Source: Nanobdellota archaeon (lineage in GTDB: Archaea > Nanobdellota > Nanobdellia > Nanobdellales > Nanobdellaceae). Taken from it: 19,041 nucleotides of DNA. Location of the stretch: assembly GCA_020697515.1 (NCBI GenBank), contig JAIXNB010000025.1, forward strand, positions 1-19,041, in the 5' to 3' direction. Below, piece by piece: positions 14,181 to 19,041 of the stretch (position 1 is the stretch's first letter; each line of letters starts with the position of its first letter). Below the pieces are notes generated by a model, which was not told the DNA's origin, did not search any database, and worked only from the letters and a program-made list of their open reading frames with translations. The position numbers and the translations under genes were made by a program.

Positions 14181-15413
14181 ATGCCCGAACACAAAATTAC
14201 AGAGTTTTTCAATATCTATATAGAATCATTTTTAAAAAGAAAAACAATAATCAAAAACCCTCTTTATCTATCAGATATCTGGATACCTGAACAAATAAAA
14301 CATAGAGACCGTGAGTTATCACTAATATTCCAATATATTGCACCTATAATAAAAAGATTTAAAGCCCCGAATCTTTTATTGTATGGTCCAACTGGAACTG
14401 GAAAAACATTATCTGTAAAATATTTGGGAAAACAACTTGATAATCTCTCCACAATCAAAAAACTACTTATTAAACATGTATATGTAAATTGCAGAATATA
14501 TGGGAATAAAAGCAGTTCTCTCTACTATATTCTAAGAGATATTTTATCTCAGTTAACTAAAAAAGTTATTAAAGATGGTATAAAAACTACTGATCTTATA
14601 AACGAGCTGTTTTCATATATTCAGGAAAAAGATATTTCTGTACTCATAATCTTTGATGAAATAGATTCATTAATAAAAAATACAAAGGAGGATGATTTTT
14701 TATATCTAATTACTAGAGATGATCATGTTTTAGACAGGAATAGACTGTCTTTTATAGGAATATCAAATACTTTAGATTATCTAAAAGATCTAGATGCACG
14801 CACATTGTCCTCATTAAATGCTATTAAGATAGGATTTAAACCTTATAATGCTTTACAGCTTTACGACATCCTTAAGGAGAGAGCATGCTTGGCATTTGAA
14901 GAAGGGGTAGTATCTGATGATATATTAAGGTATATAGCCGCGTGGGTTGCTCGAGAGTCTGGTGATGCTCGTAAAGCAATTAGCATCCTTAGACTTGCTG
15001 GGAATCTTGCAGACGCTGAGAGCAGTGATAGGGTAACAATGAAACATGTAGAGAGAGCTATTGAAGGGTACGATTTGGATTCTTTTATTTCAGAAGTAGA
15101 GACTTTATCAACACATCACAAGCTTATTGTATTATCAATTTTAGAAGAACAAATAAAATTAGACGATCATTCATTTGTATCTTTTACAGAAATATACGAG
15201 AGATATACACAATTATGTAGTGAATATGGTTTGAGACCTTTGAGTAAAGATAGTATTGGTAAAAAAATAAAACAGCTTGAAACTTTTTTGGGAGACTATA
15301 TGGAAGTATATATCAAAAGCTTTGGAAAGTATGGTAGAAAAAAAGTTGTTAGAATAAATCTAGATAAGGAAAAGGCCTATAAGGTGATAAAATTCCTAAG
15401 AGATAACATATGA
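14181..15413 (+). CDS. cdc6: Orc1/Cdc6 replication initiator
   Basis: Walker A is GPTGTGKT, Walker B is LIIFDEID, sensor 2 is GDARKAISILRLAG, and there is a C-terminal winged-helix region. The ORF track starts at TTG 14172. I prefer ATG 14181 (MPEHK...) on promoter spacing. Confidence 0.94.
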   Translation: MPEHKITEFFNIYIESFLKRKTIIKNPLYLSDIWIPEQIKHRDRELSLIFQYIAPIIKRFKAPNLLLYGPTGTGKTLSVKYLGKQLDNLSTIKKLLIKHVYVNCRIYGNKSSSLYYILRDILSQLTKKVIKDGIKTTDLINELFSYIQEKDISVLIIFDEIDSLIKNTKEDDFLYLITRDDHVLDRNRLSFIGISNTLDYLKDLDARTLSSLNAIKIGFKPYNALQLYDILKERACLAFEEGVVSDDILRYIAAWVARESGDARKAISILRLAGNLADAESSDRVTMKHVERAIEGYDLDSFISEVETLSTHHKLIVLSILEEQIKLDDHSFVSFTEIYERYTQLCSEYGLRPLSKDSIGKKIKQLETFLGDYMEVYIKSFGKYGRKKVVRINLDKEKAYKVIKFLRDNI

Positions 15414-17158
15414 ATGGTAAAATACTTAAAGAGTTGTGGAAAAGAGGATTTATAGTATCTGTAGATGCTATAGAGTTTTTAAAACAGATTGAATCTCAAC
15501 TAGATTTAGATACTATACTATCTAAGCTTCAAGTTGAGAATATAACAATCATTACAAAGCAAACTCTCGAAAAGATCATAAAGATAGATAAAAATCTGTC
15601 TTATAGAGATTCAACAGGCGTACAGAAAGATAAATCACAAAAAGATAACAACTTTGAAAATATTATTCATAACAAAACTAGCAAAAATAGTATCAGCAAA
15701 AATGCTAATGGATCTACTATACTAAAGTTCATACAACAGACAACAAAAATCGAAACTAAAAATAAAATTAAGATTGAAGAGAAAATATGTATCGAAATAG
15801 AAAAAAATACTAGTAATGATATAGAATCTCCTAGGGTTTATTCAAAACTAACTCAAAGTAGCTCATCAAGAGTACTTATTTGCTCTCAGAAAAAAAGATT
15901 CGTTGGAGATGAGTTTCAACTTTATGTAGATATTCTAAAAAGCTATGAGTTATCTAAACATGAAATTTCGGTAAATACTTGGGTGTCCTATTATCGGGCC
16001 CGCTTAAATAAGATCAAACATTTATTAAAAAATCACTCTGAGTTGTCTTTATTTATTTCTTTTGATCAGTTGAAAAGAGATATAGAAGAAGTATCTGTCG
16101 TAGGATTGGTTAGAGATAAAAGAATAACTTCTAAAGGTATGGTTATCACTTTGGAAGATAGTAAGGGTCTTTTAAAAGTATTCATCTCCCAAGATTTGGA
16201 AAATTTTGAAGAAGTACAGTCTGTTCCTTTAGATACTGTAGTTGGTATTAGAGGGAAATATCTGAGTTACAAAAAACTTCTAATTGCAGATTCATTTTTC
16301 TATCCGGATATCCCATTTAAGAAAGTAAAGAAAGGAGAAGATGATGTTTGGATAGCTTTTACCGGAGACTTTCAGGTTGGTAATAAAAATTTCCTTAAGA
16401 GGCCATTTGAACGTTTTATAAGATGGCTTAAGGGCGAGTACGGCTCCGAAAAAGAAAGAACTCTGGCTAGGAAGGTTGGATACCTAGTACTTACTGGGGA
16501 CCTAATAGATGGTGTGGGTATCTACCCCAACCAAGAAAAAGAACTAGAAATAGTTACCGCAGAGGAGCAGTATGCAGCTTTAGAAAGGTACTTCTTAGAG
16601 ATACCGGAATCTATACAAGTTATTACTATTCCGGGAAATCATGATGTAGTAAGATTAGCAGAACCTCAACCACCAATACCTAAAGATTTCTTTCCAGAAA
16701 CTTACGAATTAGAAAACTTTTTTTATGTATCTAATCCAGCATACGTTAAGATCCATCGATTGCTCGATATACTAATTTATCATGGATATTCTATGGATTG
16801 GTTTGTTTCTGAAGTCTCATGGATACGGGAGAGAGGAGGTTATGATAAACCAGAAGAGATAATGAAGTTTATGCTCACAATCAGACACCTCGCGCCAACT
16901 CACGGATGTAATCCCTATGTCCCATATCCTGGCCAGGATCCGCTTGTGATAGATCCTGTACCAGATATCTTTGTTACAGGTCACATTCACCGTACAGCAT
17001 ACGCTGTATACAAAGGAGTCGAGTTAATCAATGCATCATGTTTCCAAGGTATCACACAATATCAGCTAGAGCTCGGTCACAAGCCAGATCCGGGTAAAGT
17101 TGTTTTAAGGAATATTAAAACTGGTGAAGTCAAAATCCTTAATTTTCTATCATCATAA
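15410..17158 (+). CDS. dp1: DNA polymerase II (PolD) small subunit DP1
   Basis: It shares an ATGA overlap with cdc6. The N-terminal is ELWKRGFIVSVDAIEFL. The phosphoesterase motifs are GDLIDGVGIYPNQ, GNHD, YHGYS and TGHIHR, but motif I reads GDFQVG rather than the DxH form. An N/K/S-rich low-complexity linker covers about residues 58-160. Confidence 0.93.
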   Translation: MNGKILKELWKRGFIVSVDAIEFLKQIESQLDLDTILSKLQVENITIITKQTLEKIIKIDKNLSYRDSTGVQKDKSQKDNNFENIIHNKTSKNSISKNANGSTILKFIQQTTKIETKNKIKIEEKICIEIEKNTSNDIESPRVYSKLTQSSSSRVLICSQKKRFVGDEFQLYVDILKSYELSKHEISVNTWVSYYRARLNKIKHLLKNHSELSLFISFDQLKRDIEEVSVVGLVRDKRITSKGMVITLEDSKGLLKVFISQDLENFEEVQSVPLDTVVGIRGKYLSYKKLLIADSFFYPDIPFKKVKKGEDDVWIAFTGDFQVGNKNFLKRPFERFIRWLKGEYGSEKERTLARKVGYLVLTGDLIDGVGIYPNQEKELEIVTAEEQYAALERYFLEIPESIQVITIPGNHDVVRLAEPQPPIPKDFFPETYELENFFYVSNPAYVKIHRLLDILIYHGYSMDWFVSEVSWIRERGGYDKPEEIMKFMLTIRHLAPTHGCNPYVPYPGQDPLVIDPVPDIFVTGHIHRTAYAVYKGVELINASCFQGITQYQLELGHKPDPGKVVLRNIKTGEVKILNFLSS

Positions 17159-17413
17159 TTATTATTACTTAAGTTATTTAGAGTCTGCTCTCCCCTTAGG
17201 TGGATGTGACTTTTTAAATATTACTAAAATCAGAAACTGTTTCGAACCAGATCTATCTCTCTTTTTAAGTTATAATAATATCACCATTCTCTAACTTGCA
17301 TACTGTAGTAACTCGTTATTATATTTACAGATCCTGAGGACAAGAATGGCGGAATCTTAGAGTATACATTAAATACTGATTAGATGATGCTTTTTGTAGT
17401 AATACTTTAAAAC

Positions 17414-17422
17414 TTATTTAAA
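17414..17422 (+). promoter_or_regulatory. TATA box (TTATTTAAA) for rpoL
   Basis: Its centre is about 25.5 nt upstream of ATG 17444. Confidence 0.5.
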
Positions 17423-17443
17423 TCTAAACCTTTAGGTAATCTA

Positions 17444-17716
17444 ATGGAAATCTTAAAGGAGACTGACACCGAAATGGAGATATTATTCAAAAATGAGAAG
17501 CCTACATTCTTGATGATAGTAAAAGAAGAGCTGGATAAAATGCCGGAAGTACTCATTGCTGCATGGAGGGAAGACCACCCGCTGACTAAAGATATTTATT
17601 TTTATGTAAAAACAGATGGTAGTAAAAAACCGAGAGAAGTTATCTTAGAGGCTATCCAAAGAGCTATTAAAAGAGTTGAAGACTTTAGTGATTCTTTCAA
17701 GAAAGTTTTAAAGTAA
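17444..17716 (+). CDS. rpoL: DNA-directed RNA polymerase subunit L (Rpo11)
   Basis: It is 90 aa and has the pattern MEIL..(D/E).E.EI.F.....T......EL........AAWREDHPL......YVKTDGS..P.E....AI, which is characteristic of archaeal RpoL. Confidence 0.85.
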   Translation: MEILKETDTEMEILFKNEKPTFLMIVKEELDKMPEVLIAAWREDHPLTKDIYFYVKTDGSKKPREVILEAIQRAIKRVEDFSDSFKKVLK

Positions 17717-17717
17717 A

Positions 17718-19041
17718 ATGATTTCTGAATCAAAGGTAGTTCTAGATACCTCTGTTCTTATAGATGGAATAACCTCCCGCCTGCTTGAAAAAGGCGAATT
17801 AGATGTTAAGGAAATAATAATACCTATCGCTGCTATGTCTGAACTCCAACACCAAGCAAATAAAGGCAAGGATGTCGGATTCCTTGGGTTAGAAGAGGTA
17901 AAGAGGTTGCAAAAAATATGTGAGGGTAGAAATATTACTCTGAAATTTGAAGGAAGACGCCCGACATTAGAAGAAATTCGCTTGGCAAGATCTGGATATA
18001 TTGATGCATTAATAATAGATGTCGCTAGAGAAACTAACTCCACATTATTTACATCAGATAGAGTAATGTATGATGTTGCAACAGCTTTAGGAATAAAATC
18101 ATATTTCTTTGGAAAGCAAATAGAAACCATAGAAAAACTAAAGTTTGAGGAATTCTTTGATGAGAACACTGCTTCGGTTCATATAAAAGAAGGTGTAAAA
18201 GTAAAAAGAAAGAAGGGAGGTCCAGGTAATTGGTATTTAGAAGAATTAGATATAGTCTTAAATAGACAAGATATAGAAGAAATTATTAATGAAATCTTAG
18301 AGGCTGCTAGAGTACGTACAGATGGTTTTATTGAAATAGATAGGAAAGGTAGCACAATAGTACAACTGGGAATGTATAGGACTGTTATTGTCGAACCCCC
18401 AGTTTCAGATGGGTATGAAATAACCATAGTAAAACCTTTAAAGAAATTAATATTAGATGATTATAATCTAGATCCTAAATTGTTGAGAAGACTGGAAGAA
18501 AAGGCTGAAGGTATTGTTGTTGCAGGAAGACCAGGATCAGGTAAAACAACATTTGTCCAAGCTCTTGCTGAGTGGTATTTATCAAAAGGAAAGATTGTAA
18601 AAACTATAGAATCTCCAAGAGATTTGAATGTCGTAGATGATATAACGCAGTACTCTAAAAATTTTGCATCTTCTGAAGAATTGCATGATATTCTTCTTTT
18701 AGCTCGTCCGGACTATGCAGTATTTGATGAAATGAGAGACACTCCTGATTTTGAATTATATAAAGACTTAAGATTAGCTGGGGTAGGGATGGTTGGAGTC
18801 GTTCATGCAGAGAGACCTGTAGATGCAATACAAAGATTTATATCACGAACAGAACTAGGTATGATCCCACAAATAGTAGATACTATAATATTCATTGAAA
18901 ATGGTGAGATTTCTCAAGTTTATGAGTTAGAACTAGTTGTTAAAGTCCCAACAGGCATGGTATCCGAAGATCTTGCACGGCCAGTTGTTGAAGTTAGAGA
19001 TTTTCTAACCAACGAGTTGAAATATGAAATATATACTTTCG
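17718..19041 (+). CDS. PIN-domain plus PilT-like ATPase protein (COG1855 type); the 3' end lies outside the window
   Basis: The frame is open from ATG 17718, 1 nt after the rpoL stop, to the window edge (441 codons translated by hand with no stop). The PIN N-terminus is VVLDTSVLIDG...TSDRV. Walker A is GRPGSGKTT (18525-18551) and Walker B is AVFDEMRD. It is not in the ORF track because no stop lies within the window. Confidence 0.88.
   Translation, partial: MISESKVVLDTSVLIDGITSRLLEKGELDVKEIIIPIAAMSELQHQANKGKDVGFLGLEEVKRLQKICEGRNITLKFEGRRPTLEEIRLARSGYIDALIIDVARETNSTLFTSDRVMYDVATALGIKSYFFGKQIETIEKLKFEEFFDENTASVHIKEGVKVKRKKGGPGNWYLEELDIVLNRQDIEEIINEILEAARVRTDGFIEIDRKGSTIVQLGMYRTVIVEPPVSDGYEITIVKPLKKLILDDYNLDPKLLRRLEEKAEGIVVAGRPGSGKTTFVQALAEWYLSKGKIVKTIESPRDLNVVDDITQYSKNFASSEELHDILLLARPDYAVFDEMRDTPDFELYKDLRLAGVGMVGVVHAERPVDAIQRFISRTELGMIPQIVDTIIFIENGEISQVYELELVVKVPTGMVSEDLARPVVEVRDFLTNELKYEIYTF

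Noticed and set aside
8669-14458. Other antisense track ORFs: 8669..8941 (-), 10719..10949 (+), 13170..13376 (-) and 14264..14458 (-)
   Set aside because: Each lies wholly inside, and opposite to, a confidently identified gene (apgM, uS3, the DUF460-like gene, cdc6).
14914-14945. C-box-like CUGAUGA inside cdc6, and similar UGAUGA strings inside tmk, the DUF460-like gene and dp1 on either strand
   Set aside because: None is followed by a D or D' box at 12 nt spacing, and all lie within coding frames. These are chance occurrences.
17237-17250. A T-arm-like sequence (CTGTTTCGAACCAG) that might hint at a tRNA or a split tRNA half
   Set aside because: The stem is only 3 bp and AT-rich, with no acceptor, D or anticodon arm around it. 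The genuine tRNA in this window is about 75% G+C, so a functional tRNA piece should be G+C-rich.
17376-17390. CUGA-UUA-GAUGAUG, resembling a D'/C' junction of a C/D sRNA
   Set aside because: There is no C box at the required distance upstream and no D box (CUGA or CAGA) downstream. The C'-like box also ends in GC rather than GA.
17708-18427. Two minus-strand ORFs from the track (153 aa and 82 aa)
   Set aside because: They lie antisense to a long, motif-rich plus-strand frame (PIN/PilT-like ATPase). Their translations are low-complexity S/I/F/L-rich strings with no motifs. They are shadow ORFs of an AT-rich gene.
1-19041. A window-wide search for CRISPR repeats, IS or transposase genes, integrase or att sites, inteins, rRNA genes, and split or permuted genes
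   Set aside because: I saw no regularly spaced direct repeats, no transposase- or integrase-like translations, no intein blocks interrupting EF-2, cdc6, dp1 or topA, and no rRNA-like G+C-rich stretches. The only long-range repeat is the inverted ORB-like pair reported above.

Overview
This is an AT-rich archaeal chromosomal window, roughly 30% G+C by eye, and it is very compact. Several genes share start/stop overlaps (GTGA, ATGA), and most spacers are 45-150 bp. I call 20 protein genes. Two run off the window edges; one of them, a PIN/PilT-like ATPase at 17718..19041, is missing from the supplied ORF track. The housekeeping genes are aEF-2, thymidylate kinase, a type IA topoisomerase, archaeal cofactor-independent phosphoglycerate mutase, uL22-uS3, Orc1/Cdc6, PolD small subunit DP1 and Rpo11/RpoL. 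Accessory or poorly known genes are a YjbQ fragment, a DUF4258-like ORF, a Nudix hydrolase, an AmmeMemoRadiSam-type radical SAM enzyme, an AIM24/DUF124 protein, a 232-aa ORF with nuclease-like motifs, and a four-gene operon (three small membrane-anchored proteins plus a DUF460-like protein). There is one tRNA-Leu(CAA) at about 75% G+C, which in an AT-rich genome implies a hyperthermophile. The gene content and the isolated uL22-uS3 pair suggest a reduced-genome archaeon such as Nanoarchaeota/DPANN, but that is inference only. Structure not explained by ORFs: (1) a strong replication-origin candidate upstream of orc1/cdc6, made of an inverted ORB-like pair around an AT-rich segment with a 31-bp perfect palindrome; (2) two candidate box C/D sRNAs in spacers, both carrying the same UGAAGA/CAGA box variant; (3) TATA-like boxes centred about 25-26 nt upstream of many start codons, which implies leaderless mRNAs, plus three very short divergent promoter regions. 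I found no CRISPR array, IS element, rRNA or intein. All calls come from reading the sequence and translations by eye; no database search was run.
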